Shown in pieces: positions 23,501-36,200 of a stretch of 64,000 bases of DNA. Source of the stretch: Rebecca billardiae RCC1528 (lineage: Eukaryota; Protista; Haptophyta); assembly GCA_965240325.2 (NCBI GenBank), contig OZ251236.1, positions 310,001 through 374,000 of the forward strand, read 5' to 3'. The first letter of the stretch is position 1; each line of letters starts with the position of its first letter. The notes beneath the pieces are model-generated. The model did not search any database. It saw only the letters and a program-made list of their open reading frames with translations, and was not told where the DNA came from. The translations under genes were made by a program, and so were the position numbers.

Positions 23501-26500
23501 GTCGACCTGCCGATGCTCGACGACGAGCTGAAGACCAAGGCCGTGCCTGTCGTCGAGAAGGCGCCGCGCGAGCACGTGTTTGGCTTCAGCCACGAGCAGG
23601 AGGTGCGGCCGGGCAGCAAGGCGCGGCGCGAGCTGATGACCGCGCTCGAGTCGGAGACGCAGGCGGACTCGGACGTGATCTTCACCGTGTACGGCGTGGA
23701 CCCCGAGGCGCCGCGCGGGGCGGAGCCCGTCGTGATCGGCTCGGCGGCGCTCAACCTCGAGGAGCTTCTCGAGCAGGACCGCGGCGACGCGGTGGGCCGC
23801 GCGCTGCCGGTCCGCACCGAGGGGCGGTCTGCGAAGGAGGTGGGCACGCTGACGGTGAGCGTGCGCGCGCTGAGCGCGCTCAAGGCGATCGACCGCTCGC
23901 TCGAGCAGCACGGCAGCCTGGCCGCGGCGCTCAAGGCGGAGGAGGCCGAGGCGGCGGGCGGTCGGAACACCCGCTCGGGCGGCGCCGCCGGGCGCGGGCG
24001 CGCCGCCGCCGCCACCGCGGCCGGCGGTGGCGCCCCCAAGCCGGTGAGCGTGAAGGTGCGCATGTCGCAGCTCGAGCTGCACGACACGAGCGCGCTGCCC
24101 GCCGAGGTTGACGACGTGCAGCTCTCGTACGAGTTCCTGCGCCAGGCGCCGATCGAGTCGTCGCGCGTGGGCGTGCAAGACTCGGGCAAGCACTTCTTCG
24201 ACCTCGAGCGCGACATCGACGTCTCCGCCGGCACACGCGCGCGCGCCGAGCTGATGGATGCGCTCGAGTCGTCGAGCGCCGCGGCGACGGACACGCGCTT
24301 CGTGGTGCGCGGGCTGCCGCGCGGCTCGGGCGGGCGGCCGGTCGAGCTGGGCGTGGCGAAGCTGAACCTGGAGGGCGTGCTCACCTCGGAGCGCGACGTG
24401 CGCGACGAGGCGCTTCCCGTCGTCGACGCGAGCGGGCGGCGCGTCGGCACGCTCACCGTGAGCCTGAGCGCCGTCGACGCGCTGCGGCAGGTGGACGACG
24501 CGCTGGAGAAGCACGGCTCGGCGCGCGACGCCAAGGCGGCCGAGGTGCGGCTGCTCGAGCGCCCCGCAGCCGGCGCGGCGGACGCCGAGCGCGGCCGGCG
24601 TGAGCGCGGCCGCGCGGCCGCGCCCGCCGCGCCCGCGGCCGGCGCCGCCACGTCCGTGCGCGTGGAGGTGGACGCGTTCAAGCTGCACTCGGTCGACGAC
24701 GTGGCGGACACGGTGGACGACCTGCTCGTCGGCGTCGACCTGCCGATGCTCGACGACGAGCTGAAGACCAAGGCCGTGCCCGTCGTCGAGAAGGCGCCGC
24801 GCGAGCACGTGTTTGGCTTCAGCCACGAGCAGGAGGTGCGGCCGGGCAGCAAGGCGCGGCGCGAGCTGATGACCGCGCTCGAGTCGGAGACGCAGGCGGA
24901 CTCGGACGTGATCTTCACCGTGTACGGCGTGGACCCCGAGGCGCCGCGCGGGGCGGAGCCCGTCGTGATCGGCTCGGCGGCGCTCAACCTCGAGGAGCTT
25001 CTCGAGCAGGACCGCGGCGACGCGGTGGGCCGCGCGCTGCCGGTCCGCACCGAGGGGCGGTCTGCGAAGGAGGTGGGCACGCTGACGGTGAGCGTGCGCG
25101 CGCTGAGCGCGCTCAAGGCGATCGACCGCTCGCTCGAGCAGCACGGCAGCCTGGCCGCGGCGCTCAAGGCGGAGGAGGCCGAGGCCGCGGGCGGTCGGAG
25201 CACCCGCTCTGGCGGCGGCGCCGCCGAGAGCACTCGCCCCGCGCCGGCCGCTGCCCCGCCGCCGCCCAAGCCGGTGAGCGTGAAGGTGCGCATGTCGCAG
25301 CTCGAGCTGCACGACACGAGCGCGCTGCCCGCCGAGGTTGACGACGTGCAGCTCTCGTACGAGTTCCTGCGCGAGGCGCCGATCGAGTCGTCGCGCGTGG
25401 GCGTGCAGGACTCGGGCAAGCACTTCTTCGACCTTGAGCGCGACATCGACGTCTCCGCCGGCACGCGCGCGCGCGCCGAGCTGATGGATGCGCTCGAGTC
25501 GTCGAGCGCCGCGGCGACGGACACGCGCTTCGTGGTGCGCGGGCTGCCGCGCGGCTCGGGCGGGCGGCCGGTCGAGCTGGGCGTGGCGAAGCTCAACCTG
25601 GAGGGCGTGCTCACCTCCGAGCGCGACGTGCGCGACGAGGCGCTTCCTGTCGTCGACGCGAGCGGGCGGCGCGTCGGCACGCTCACCGTGAGCCTGAGCG
25701 CCGTCGACGCGCTGCGGCAGGTGGACGACGCGCTGGAGAAGCACGGCTCGGCGCGCGACGCGAAGGCGGCGGAGGAGCGCGCGGCGCGGCAGGGCGGGCC
25801 GGGCGAGACGCGCGCGACGCGCGAGCGCCGGCGCGAGCGCGGCGCGCCTGCCGACGCCTCGCGCCGCGGCGGCGCCGACGGCGGCCGCGAGCCGGCGGCG
25901 CAGGCCCAGTCTGAAATCGCGCTGCTCGTCTCGGCGGTGACTCTCGACGACGTGGGCAAGGTGCACCAGGGCGTGCACGAGCTGCAGCTCGCGGTGGACT
26001 TCTTGGGCGCGCACGCGGAGGGGCGCGAGCCGCGCTCCGCGCCCGTCACGCTGCAGGACTCGGGCAGGCACCTGCTCGACAACTGGCGCGCCGCGCTCGA
26101 CGTGCGCGCAGGCGCAGGCGCCGGCGCCGGCGGCGTGGCCGAGGGGCGTCGGGCAGTCTTGGAGGCGCTGGAGCCGGGCAGCGCGGAGGAGGACTCGGAC
26201 GTGGTGCTCACGCTGTACGGGCTCGAGCGGCCGCCGTCGACGGCTCGGCCGCGCGAGCTCGGCACGGCCACGTTCAACCTTGAGCAGCTGCTGCAGCGCG
26301 GGCGCGAGGCGACGGCGGAGGCGGTGCCTCTGCTGACGCCTCGGCCGCCCGGCGGCGGGCTCGGCGCGCAGCGCACGCGGATCGGCGAGCTCACGCTCTC
26401 GACTGAGGCGCTGCCCGCGCTGCGCGCGCTCGACGCGCTGCTCGAGGAGCACGGCGACGCGCGCCGCGCGCTCGCGGCCGACGCCGCGCCGCGCGGCTCC

Positions 26501-29500
26501 GGCGCGCAGCGCGGCCCGCGCGGCTCGGCGGCCGCGGAGGCGCCGCGCACGCGCGGCGCGAGCCGTGCCGCGGGCGGCGGCGCGCGGCCGAGCGCCGCGG
26601 CGGCCAAGGTGCCGGCGGACACGGTGCGCATATCCGTGGCGAGCGTCGAGCTGCCCGACGTGGACGCGGTGCTGCCGGACGACGTGGACGAGCTGTTGGT
26701 CGGCATCGACTTCCTCGGCGCAAAGGAACTGCGTACGCCCGTGTTCGGCGCGCTCGAGGCGGGCGGGCTGCACCCCGTGGGCTACACGCACGACCTGGAC
26801 GCGGGCAAGGGCACGGCGACGCGCGACGCGCTGCTCGACGCGCTCGACTCGGCGGAGACGGCGGACTCGGACGTCTTCTTCGTGCTGTACGCCGTGCCCG
26901 CGCGCGCCGACGCCGAGCCGGTCGAGCTAGGGATGGCCGCGGTCAACCTCGAGGCGCTGCTTGACCGTGGGCGCGATCAGATTGAATCTCGGCTCGAGCT
27001 GGAGCCGTCGGCGGGCGGCGCGCGGCGCGGCGGCGGCGCGGGCCGCGCCGAGCTTGGAAGCATCACGGTGAGCGTGGAGGCGCTCACGGCGCTGCGCGGC
27101 GTGGACGAGGCGCTCGAGAGGTACGGCGACGCGACGCGCGCCAAGGCCGCCGAGCGCGGCGGCGGCCGCGCCACCGGCCGCGGCGGCGCGCAGCCGCCGC
27201 CTGGCGCGGCCGCCGGCGCCGCCCTTCCCCTCGAGCCCGAGGCGGTCGTCTCCGTCGAGATCCACGAGCTGGTGATCGACGACGTGGGCCAGCTCGACGC
27301 GTCGGTGGACGAGCTCGAGTTCGAGTTTGACTTTCTCACGATGGACGACATCCGCTCGGGGCCTGTCAAGGTCGAGCCGGACGGCACGCACGTCGTGTAC
27401 TTTGCAAAGGGTGCGCCCCGCGCGCGCGGCCGAGCGGGCGGGCGGGCGGGCGGGCGCGAGCGCGGGCGCGGCGTTGGCGCGGCGGGCGCGCGGGGCGTGG
27501 CGCGTGGGGCTGCACGCGGGCAGTGCAGTTCGCGCGCGCGGAGCCCGTGGCGCGCTGCGCACAGCGGTCGGCGCACGCGCCCAGCACACGACTGCCCTTG
27601 CCGACCGCCGCGCGCCGTGCCCGCCCGCTCCGCACGCGCCGCGCGGCGCAGAGTTTGACGTCTCGCCCGGCACGCGCGCGCGCGAGGCGCTCATGGACGC
27701 TCTCGAGTCCGCCTCCACCGAGGACTCGGACGTCTACTTCATGCTGCACACGATCGACCGAGACCGGACCGACCCGCGCACGGGGCAATCTCGGCGCGTC
27801 GAGATCGGCGCGGCGTATGCAAACCTGGAGGAGATGCTCAAGCGCGGGAGGGACCTGCTCAACGCGCGGCTCAAGGTGCTGTGCGCGCGGGCCGCCTCGC
27901 CGCGCGGGCGTGCCGCCGGGCGCGGCGGGCGGCGGTGTCGCGGGCCGCGCGGCCGCGCGGGGGGGGGGGGCTCACTCAGCCCCGGTGCGTGTCCGAATAA
28001 TTGCGCCGCCCTCGCGCGCGCCGTGCCGCGCACGCATACAGATTCACTCGACGGCCAAGGGGCGGCAGCACGAGGTGATCGGCACCGTGCGGCTCACGAT
28101 CCGCGCGCTCGACGCGATGGCGGACATCGACGCCGCCATCGACGAGCACGGCTCGGTCAAGCAGGTGCGCGCGCGCGCGCCTGCCCCGCGGCCGGCGCGG
28201 CCGCTCGAACCCCGCGCGCCACGCACGCGTGGCTGACCGCATTCGACGAGCGCTGGGCGCGCCGCGCCGCCGTGGCCGCGCGCGCTCGCGCCGCCGCAGG
28301 CAAAGCTCAGGGAGCGCGAGCTGGGCAAGTCGCGCTCCGCCGCCTCGCTCTCGCGCACCGACGTCGCCCGGTACTCGCCGTCGGCCGCGGGTGCGCGCGA
28401 GGGCGCGGCGCGCACCGCGCCGACGCGAGGCGGCGCGGCATCGCAGCGGCAGGGACCGCCCGCGGCGGCGCGGCAGCCATACGCGCCGCCGCCGCCGGAG
28501 GAGGAGGTGCCGCCGCCCGCCGAGGCGACGATCGCCGTATCCAAGCTGCAGCTCTCCTCGGCGGCGCAGCGCGACACGGCGGCCGCGGGCGCGCTCGCCG
28601 TCCGCGTCGACTTCCCGGGAGCCGCCGAGCCGCGGACGACGACGATCAAGCTGCCATCCTCCTCCGGCGGCCGCGGCGGCGCGGGCGTGCCCGTGGACCT
28701 CAGCGAGGCTGTCGACTTGTCGCAGGGCACCGAGGCGGGGCGCGCCAACCGCAAGGCGCTGCTCGAGGCGCTCGACCGGCCGGCGGACGCGGCGGAGGAC
28801 GACACCGATGTCGTCTTCGAGCTCCTCGCGCTCTCGCGGCCGGAGGCGGCGGCCGCGGCGCGCGGCGAGCCAGTGCCGCGCACCGCGGGCCGCGTGCTCG
28901 GCGTCGGCTCGGTTTCTCTTGAGAAGATTCTCGACGACGGCGCCGACATGCGCCGCGCGCCGGTTCAGCTCCGCCCGCCCGGCTCTGGGCCGAGCGCGCA
29001 GCCCGTCGCCACGCTCACCGCGGACGTGGTCGCGCGCGACGCGCTGGAGGAGCTCGACGAGGCGTTGGACAAGCACGGCTCGGCGGAGCGCGCGGCGCAG
29101 GCGGACGTTCGCGAGGCGCGTGAGCGCGGCGCGGCGAGGCCGAGCGCGCGCGGCGGCGCGGCGCAGTCGGCCACGCGGCGCAGTGCCGGCGGCTACGCTG
29201 GCGGCTACGCCGCCGGCGCGGCGCAGCCGATGCCCGCGGACCCGGCGGAGGCCAAGGCGCACGCGCGCGCCGAGATGATCGAGCGCAACCGCCGACAGCC
29301 GCCACAGCCCTACAAGGCCATGGCGCCGCCGGCGCGCGCCGCGTTCGGGGCTCTGAAAGACGACCTGCGCGCGGGCACGGCGATGGGCAAGGCAGACTAC
29401 GCCGCCGCGCTCGGCAGCACGCACCCCGCGCGGCTGCACGACAGCTCGGTGCTCGCGGCGCGCGAGGCGGATGCGGGCCGCTCGCTGGGCGCCGCGCTCG

Positions 29501-30912
29501 GCCCGGGCGCCGCGCTCAGCGCTGTTGCGCTCGCGGGCGCGCCGCCGGCCTCGTCGGGCGCCGCGCCCGCGCGCGGGCGCGGCAGCTCGGCGGCGGCGCA
29601 GCCCGCCCTCGCGGGCGCGGACGCGGGCGCGTCGAGCGTGCTGCTACGGCCGATCCGCGCGGAGGGCGTGCCGGCCGTTGCGGAGGGCTACTCGGTTGTG
29701 GCGCGCACGCTGCGCCTCTGCGTCTTCGACCCGTCGACCGCCGCGCTGCGCGGCAACGTGCTCTCGGTGAAGGCGGCGGACGGTGCCGCCGCGCCCGCCG
29801 GCGGCGCGGGCGCCAACCGCGGCGCAGCGGGCGGGACCACCGCCTGGCCCTTCGACAAGGCGCTGCAGCTGTTGCTCCGCCAGGCAGCGGACGCGCCCGC
29901 CGACGCGCAGCTGCTCGTCCAGCTGGATGCCGTGTGCGTGCCCGCGCCCGGCGCGCCGGCGCGCGCCGCCATGAGCGGCTCCGGCGGCGCGGACGGCGCG
30001 GATGGCGCGGGCGCCGGCCGCCGCGCGCGCCGCGCGCCGGCCGCGCCGACCGGGCCGTTTTGGGAGCGGCGGCGCGGGCGCGCGCGGCCTGTCGCGCTGT
30101 GCTGGGGCGCGCTGCCGCTCGGCGTGCTCGCCGAGTGGAAGCCTGCGCTGCGCTCGGCGGGCTCGGCCGCGAAGCAGGCGGTGAAGGAGCGCACCGTGCA
30201 GATGCGCCGCGGCGCCGCCTTCAGCGGCTCCGGTCTGCTCACCGCCAAGCCCAGCGCGCCGCCGAGCTCGCGCCGAGGCGGCGGCGGCGCCGCGGGCGGC
30301 GGCGGCGGCACCGCCGCCGGGGGTCCAACCCTCGTCCTGGGCATCTCCGCACCCTCGGGCACAGGCACGGACGCGGCGACGCTCGGCGCGCTGCCTGCCG
30401 AGCTGCTGTGCGAGCTCGCGCACGCGCGCATGTTCGCCGTGCAGCGCGCGCTCCTGGCGAAGACAATCGGCTCAGCGACCGACTTGGCGGGCGGCGCGGA
30501 CGGCGGGCTGCTGTGGGCACCCCACGCGGCCGCGTTCGCGCAGCTCGCCGCGTCGGCGGACACGCTGGGCGCGCTCGAGCGCGTGTGGACGGCGCGGCTG
30601 CGCGCGCCGAGCGCGACCAAGGCCAAGCGTGACTCAGCCTCCTTCGAGGCCGACACGCTCGGCGAGTCGGCGGTGGCGCTCACACTGCTGCTCGGCGCGC
30701 GCGGCGCGATGGAGCGCGCGCCGACGGACGCGCGCCGCGCCGAGCTGCTCGCCGAGGCGGAGCGCGAGGCGAAGGAGGGGGGCAAGCGAGTGCTGACCGC
30801 GCTCGCCGAGCCCGCCGCCAACGCCGCCGCCGGAGGCACCGCGCCCTTCCGCGAGCGAGCCCTCGTGCTGGACCCTGCTGCAGAGCTCGCGGCCAGGCGC
30901 GGGCCTCCGTGA
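20579..30912 (+). CDS. 3,226-aa protein: 12 tandem RPGRIP1/RPGRIP1L C-terminal-type C2 domains plus a C-terminal nephrocystin-1 (NPHP1)-like domain; exons 20579-20587, 20699-27410, 27652-27875, 28042-28164, 28300-30912
   Basis: Four GT..AG introns give a continuous 9,681-nt frame. Each repeat reads I/VxIEIxxLxL...R..LMDALES...DSDVxF...ELGxAxVNLExLLxxGRD...IGxLTVSVxALxAL. Tail motifs YSVVARTLRLCVFD, GNVLSVKA, CWGALPL, LPAELL, LERVW..KRD. Confidence 0.85.
23414..25770 (+). repeat. Internal tandem duplication of a two-domain C2 block (about 23414-24540 and 24647-25770)
   Basis: Near-identical DNA at an offset of about 1,230 bp; only the linker differs markedly. Confidence 0.9.
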
Positions 30913-31249
30913 GTGGTACGCGCATCCGGCGCAGCCTCGCCCTCAGTCTGAGCGGGCTCAGTCAGCGGCCGGCGATGACCGCTGACAGCCGCGGCGCCCT
31001 GATGAATGACGCCGATCGCGGCTCCTCGTCGCCGCCGCGCATTGCGCATGAATCATTTGTGTCGCATTCGACAGCGCGGCCGCCGGAACTCTCCGCCTGA
31101 TTCGCGGGCACGGGCCGCCCGGCCGGGCCGGGCGGCGGGCCCGGTGCGGCGGTGCGCCCCGCCGGCGCCTGGCCCCGGGACCGGGGACGGTCCCGATCGC
31201 CGATCACGATGACGATGTCGATGTCGAACTCGATGGCGGACGGAGGGTT

Positions 31250-31810
31250 GCGCCAGCTGGACAAACGCGAAGGACCCAGCATCCAGGATCCTGGATGCTG
31301 GAGGGCCCCCAACGAGACCCACCTGGCTGGTCACCTGCGGATCACGAGGGCCCGGCTCCCCTCGCGCCGCTTTCAGCGCACGCTCTGCCGGTGCGGCGGG
31401 CGACGTGTGCGCACGCCGTGCAGCTCGCGGCGCGTGCGCGTTGGCTAGCTGGCGCACGTCTCCTGACGCACAAGTCGAATGATCGCAGCTGGGCTGCCCT
31501 TTCTCGCCTCAAGGACGCGTGCGACGCCGGTCGCCGCCGGCCCGAGCGGCGTGGCCGTGCTGCCTGCACGCTGGGCGCCCGTGGACGTGGCTTCGCCGCG
31601 CGCGCTGAGGCCGGCGAGCGTCGCGACCGACTTTCACGACGCGTGCGACGCGCCATCTGCCCGCTTCCTTGCCTCCGACGCACGTCTTCTGCGGGCAACG
31701 GCGATCGCCCACCCACGCGGCGGCGAAGCCGCCATCCGCCGCGCGAATCATTTCGTTTTGATGAAAAGCGCAGATCTGAAAAGGCCGGAAGGCGTTTGTC
31801 CAGCTGGCGC
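31250..31810. repeat. 19-bp perfect inverted repeat pair (31250-31268 and 31792-31810) enclosing a 26-bp perfect palindrome (31276-31301); possible MITE
   Basis: GCGCCAGCTGGACAAACGC and GCGTTTGTCCAGCTGGCGC; CCAGCATCCAGGATCCTGGATGCTGG. No TSD found. Confidence 0.55.
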
Positions 31811-32228
31811 TCGCAACGCCCCTGATCGTGATCGATCGTGATCCAATCCTGGATCACGATGGCCGGCCGGCGATGCCGCCCGCGTCCTGACCAGTGACCG
31901 GTGCGGTCGGCTCGCCGGCCCGCCAGCCGGCCAGCCGCGCCGCGCGGCCCGCTCCGGAGGCCGTGAGTCTGAGTCGGCACTGTTACGACTCAGTGCGGTC
32001 GCCGCGGCCGCCCACGGCCCAGCCGGCGCCGCGCTCGGGCCGACCGGCGCACACGCGCGCCCGGCCACGCGGCGGCCCCGCGGGCACGGCGCGGCCGCCG
32101 GGTCGCCGGTGCGAGCGGTGCGGTCGACTAATCGAAGCGGCTGACGTCAGGGGCTAGGGTCAGGGAAACGAGTCAGTGGTAGCGAGAGGCGTACAGACCG
32201 GGGCGGTGCGCAGGCCCACCCGACTGTC

Positions 32229-33296
32229 TTGCCCGAGTTGCCGTTGGGCCTCGGTGGGGCGGGCCTGATGCTGACCACCCCTTCATTCCAACCCGTAAAC
32301 CCGCCGCCACGCGGTCGAATTACTATGGAAATTCCGCGCGCCAACGGCCCCACGTTCCCGACCCCATCGTCAGTTACCCCAGCCGCCCCCCTGCACGCAC
32401 GCGCGCGAGGCACCCCGGCGTGGCGGGCGCCGGGCGTGACGTCCGCGCAGGGTGTCGTAGACGGCATGGACGTCGACGAGTCACAACACGCACCGACGCC
32501 TACGGTGCACACCGACCTCCCAGACGATGAACGGCACAATGTCGTATGGGCCGAGCACACGGCCGACATGACCGGCAGCAACCTCTCTGATGGCAGGGGC
32601 GGAGCTCGCGGCTCTGCCTCGCGCCAGGGGACGACCTGGGCTAGTGGTCCCGGTCGCCCCACTCCCACCGGTGGCGCGGGCACTCGCCCCACGCACACTG
32701 CGACCAACATGCTCAACGAACGCATTGATGAGACCAAGGCAGACATGACCGGCAGCAACCTCTCTGATGGCAGGGGCGGAGCTCGCGGCTCTGCCTCGCG
32801 CCAAGGGGCGACCGGGGCTAGCGGTCCCGGTCGCCCCACCCCCACCGATGGCGCGGGCACTCTCCCCACGCACACTACGGCCAACATGCTCAACGAACGC
32901 ATTGATGAGACCAAGGCCAACATCACCTGCCACAACTGCTTTGACGGCAGGGGCGGAGCTAGCGGCTCTGCCTCGCGCCAAGGGGCGACCGGGACTAGCG
33001 GTCCCGGTCGTACCACCTTCACCGGGTCCGAGGGACGTCTCCAGACACACCCTGTGCCCAGCATACTCAACAAGCGCACAGTGACTGACAGTGACAAGAA
33101 AGGAGAATGCACTATGCACTTGCAGTACATGCGGGCAGGCCCCCATGTCCCAGACACTATCAGTCAGCCGGCGGGCCGCCGTAAAAAAGGCAGGCATGTC
33201 CAACCTGCAGGTCTCAAAGTGAGGCCACAGTCGGGTACACTCACAGATGATATAGTATGCGGCTGCTGCGCAAGCACTGATGATAGGACAGGGTGA
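32229..33296 (+). CDS. Putative ORF1 of the retrotransposon (or a repeat-bearing 5' UTR), with about 2.5 copies of a 177-bp unit
   Basis: Open frame overlapping the ORF2 start by 17 nt. Repeat units start at 32565, 32742 and 32919. No recognisable gag, RRM or zinc knuckle; start codon uncertain. Confidence 0.4.
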   Translation: MPELPLGLGGAGLMLTTPSFQPVNPPPRGRITMEIPRANGPTFPTPSSVTPAAPLHARARGTPAWRAPGVTSAQGVVDGMDVDESQHAPTPTVHTDLPDDERHNVVWAEHTADMTGSNLSDGRGGARGSASRQGTTWASGPGRPTPTGGAGTRPTHTATNMLNERIDETKADMTGSNLSDGRGGARGSASRQGATGASGPGRPTPTDGAGTLPTHTTANMLNERIDETKANITCHNCFDGRGGASGSASRQGATGTSGPGRTTFTGSEGRLQTHPVPSILNKRTVTDSDKKGECTMHLQYMRAGPHVPDTISQPAGRRKKGRHVQPAGLKVRPQSGTLTDDIVCGCCASTDDRTG

Positions 33297-36200
33297 TGCA
33301 GGCCCAGGTGTTGCTGGTGCAGCAGCAGCGCCAATGCAGCAGGGCTACCAATACAGCCATGCTGACATCTCGTATGCATACTGCAATGTTGGGGGAGCAG
33401 GTGGGGCTGACCCCTCTGTCCGGCGGGACGACATCGCCACTTGGATTCGAGCAGTGGGGACACCTGATATTGTCTTTTTGGTGGAGACCCAAATGCCTGC
33501 GCATCAGGTAGTGCGGTGGGCCAAGTCGTTCCCGGAGTACACAGTACATGCAGAGCACGCCCGCGACAGGCGCAAGGGCGAAAAAGGTGCCAGGGCCGGG
33601 TGTGCCATCCTGGTACGCAAGGCACACGTGGGTGCACCCAAATCGCTCCACCTCAACAGTGTGTGCAGAGGCAGGGAAATACTATACCCAGAGCTGGCAG
33701 GGCACATCATTTCGGGTGAAATCACGCTCTGCAGGGGCAATGGGCAGGCTGTCCCCATGTGGGTGTGCTGCTTCTACAACCCGCATGATGAGGAACGGCA
33801 GCACCTGCTGCTTCCACACATAGTCAACCACCTTCGTACAGGCACATGCATAGGCCTTCCCACAGCTGGCAACATGCGGACTCATGCTGTGCACGTAGCC
33901 AGGCATGCTGCCAGGCTGCAATTGGTAGCATGCGATGGAAATGGGCACATGCACGACAGCAACGCAGGGGAGGGGGCTACCCCCAAGGTAGTGTTCCGCA
34001 CATACATGACAGACGCTGACCACCTCTTCAACCAAATACCCAGCACCACACGATGGGACACGCTCGAAAGGCCCACATTCATCACTGCACACAGGGAGGA
34101 CGGCAATGGGGCGGATCGATCTGTGATTGACTACATATTCTCCAACATGGACACAGTTGGGCACACCGGACACATGGACATATCGGAAAAGGCCACCCTG
34201 CGAATGCCAGGAGCACACGTCCCAATATATGGCCGGATTCACTCGGTGGCACTGCGCGGCGCTGCTGCAGTACTGGCCTCACCAGTGCAACCTCCCAGGC
34301 ACATACGCGTGGACCTGGGAAAGACGTCACCTGACTGGAATAAAGCCAAACAGCTGCTTGCGATGTGGATGGAGGGCCTGCCACTACACATTGCGGACTT
34401 TGCTGAGGCCCCAGTGCCGGCACATATGCTGGTGCAACCTTCGCTGGTGACGACAGCAGCCACTGCGCTGACAACGCTGAGACACCTGACCACACTGGCC
34501 ACCAGGGACATGGCAACTGTACTGGAGCAACCCAGTGTATATGACGGACAACCAGACACGCCCCTGAAGATCCGACCAGCCACAGCGGGCGCAGCAGCGG
34601 GTCAACACAAATCCAAAGCAGATGCTGCTTCTGCTGCGCTGCATGCAGGCGATATTCTGGCTAACAGAGCAGCTGCTGGGCTGCCAGCTGGTCCAGCAGT
34701 GCGCAGAGCAGTGCGCAGGTACGAGCGGACCTGGGGCACTGGAGCTGCACAGTCCCAGCACTGGATACAAGTGGCAATGGGGCCTCACGGACAGGTGCCG
34801 GTAGGGCCATTTCTGTCCCACCAGCGCTGGAGACAAATCGTGCAGCAGCAATGCAGGACGAGCCGCGCGCAAGTGAAAGCTGTGTGGCAGCAGCAGGCCG
34901 AGGAACAAAAGAGGGCGTGGTTCGCCAAAGTCAAGGTTGAGACCAAAAAGAACTCGCATAAATTGCGTGTCATGGTGTATGCCAAGGACCCCATCACACT
35001 GCCTACCATCGTCAGAAGGAGCGATGGGGCACTGGCCACCAGCGTTGACGATGTGAAATCGGAGTACAGGGGGCACTACCAGGGCCTTCTGGAGCGACAA
35101 TACACTCGGCCCGGGGGCAGGCCTCCTTGGCACGCTGGAGGTCATATGTGGCACGACATTAGGGCCGCATGGCATACTGATCCGGGGGACGCATATGTCA
35201 CCGCCCTCGGAACGCCACCCACCCCCGCGCAAATACGGCACATCATCACATCTGAGGTGGGAGGCAACTCGGCACCTGGTCCAGATGGCATACAGTACAA
35301 TGTACTCAAGCTCTTGGAAGGCCACCATGCCGAGCGCGACGAGCCTGTACTGCCAAGCGGCACGCGCACACACAGGCAGCACGCTGCACAGCAGACTGGT
35401 GAGCAGCAGGGGGCAGCCAGGGGACAGGGGACAGGACACCCTGGCCCGATCGCCACTATTATATCTAATCTCTGCGCAGTCATGTACGCGACAGGGACTC
35501 TTCTGGACGGACTCCAGCAAGGGGAGGTTGTCTCACTACACAAGCACGGGGATATGCACGTGCTCGGGAATTACAGGGGCATAACACTCAACAGTGTGGT
35601 GTACAAAATCATGGCAAGACACCAAAACAACGTCATGCAAGCTGCGTCCGACAGGCTCAGGCTAATCGAGCCGGAACAGGCTGCCAGCAGAGAGGGTGGG
35701 CAAGTGGTACAGCAAGTCGCTGTCTTTGCCAATGTGGTGGCCGATGCACACCGTTCCCGGCGCACGCTGTTTTGTGCACTGATGGACATTCAAAAAGCCT
35801 TCGACACTGTGCCATACCAAGGCATTGAGGATGGCTTCCGCAGCCATGGGTACCCAGCCATGTTTTATACCCTCATGCGCTCCTTAGGAGAGGGGCATGA
35901 TGTGGTGGTGAGGACGCCATATGGGCCCACTGATAGTGTACGCTTACGGTGTGGCACGAAGCAAGGTGACCCTGCTAGCTCCACTAAGTTCTGCCTGTTC
36001 ATCAACATGTTCCTCAGGTACCTGAAGAGCAGGCATGGCGGGTACCATGTACAGTCCAAATGCAGCTCAGACGACGCGGACGCTGCTGCAGGGCAGGTGA
36101 CAGTGGTGGCCACTGCTATCATGGACGATATCAATTTGTACGCGCACAGCAGAGCAGACATCACAGCCATGATGCAGGACCTCGTCGACTTTTTGTGGTA

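Noticed and set aside
599-26791. Very long antisense or alternate-frame ORFs (e.g. 2285-5251, 15289-18228, 22718-26791, 22939-26706)
   Set aside because: Shadows of real genes. Extreme GC content suppresses stop codons, and the translations are motif-free and rich in Arg/Ala/Ser.
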